Below are positions 33,168 to 33,189 of a DNA stretch of 33,189 nt, piece by piece. The first letter of the stretch is position 1, and each line of letters begins with the position of its first letter. The stretch lies in the NCBI GenBank assembly GCA_023345925.1, contig JAJQQN010001155.1:1-33189 (forward strand), given 5' to 3'. The position numbers and the translations under genes are program-made. The notes beneath the pieces are model-generated. The model had not been told where the DNA came from. It made no database searches and saw only the letters and a program-made list of their open reading frames with translations. The stretch is from Vannella sp. (taxonomy: Eukaryota).

Positions 33168-33189
33168 CTACCAAAAGGAGAAAGAGGCG

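Overview
Gene-dense, compact eukaryotic (protist) genomic DNA, probably amoebozoan-like (inferred from the CARMIL, Arp3, Skp1 and GEF/GAP content; not proven). I can build about 16 gene models, mostly separated by spacers of roughly 60-200 nt, with 21 inferred short GT-AG introns (44-62 nt). In order: Skp1; a CAMK-family pseudokinase; a small single-TM protein; an M1 aminopeptidase; a DH-PH RhoGEF with an SPR-repeat linker; a complex III Core 2/MPP-alpha-like protein; a GTDC1/QTMAN glycosyltransferase; a divergent H2B-like/H2A-like ORF pair; CARMIL; Arp3; a MOV10/SDE3-like SF1 helicase; a possible MACPF-like membrane protein; a small PHD protein; a large uncharacterised protein; a stand-alone Vms1/ANKZF1 VLRF1 protein; and an IQ-DH-PH-RhoGAP-SAPS fusion. 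The most interesting signal is the histone pair (12180-12747, minus strand). An acidic, tail-less H2B-like ORF ends in UGC-UCC-UGA, which is the antizyme +1 frameshift site, and an H2A-like fold continues in the +1 frame. This suggests a frameshift-controlled H2B-H2A doublet, although a single-base assembly error or pseudogenisation cannot be excluded. I recognised no RNA genes, CRISPR arrays or transposons.
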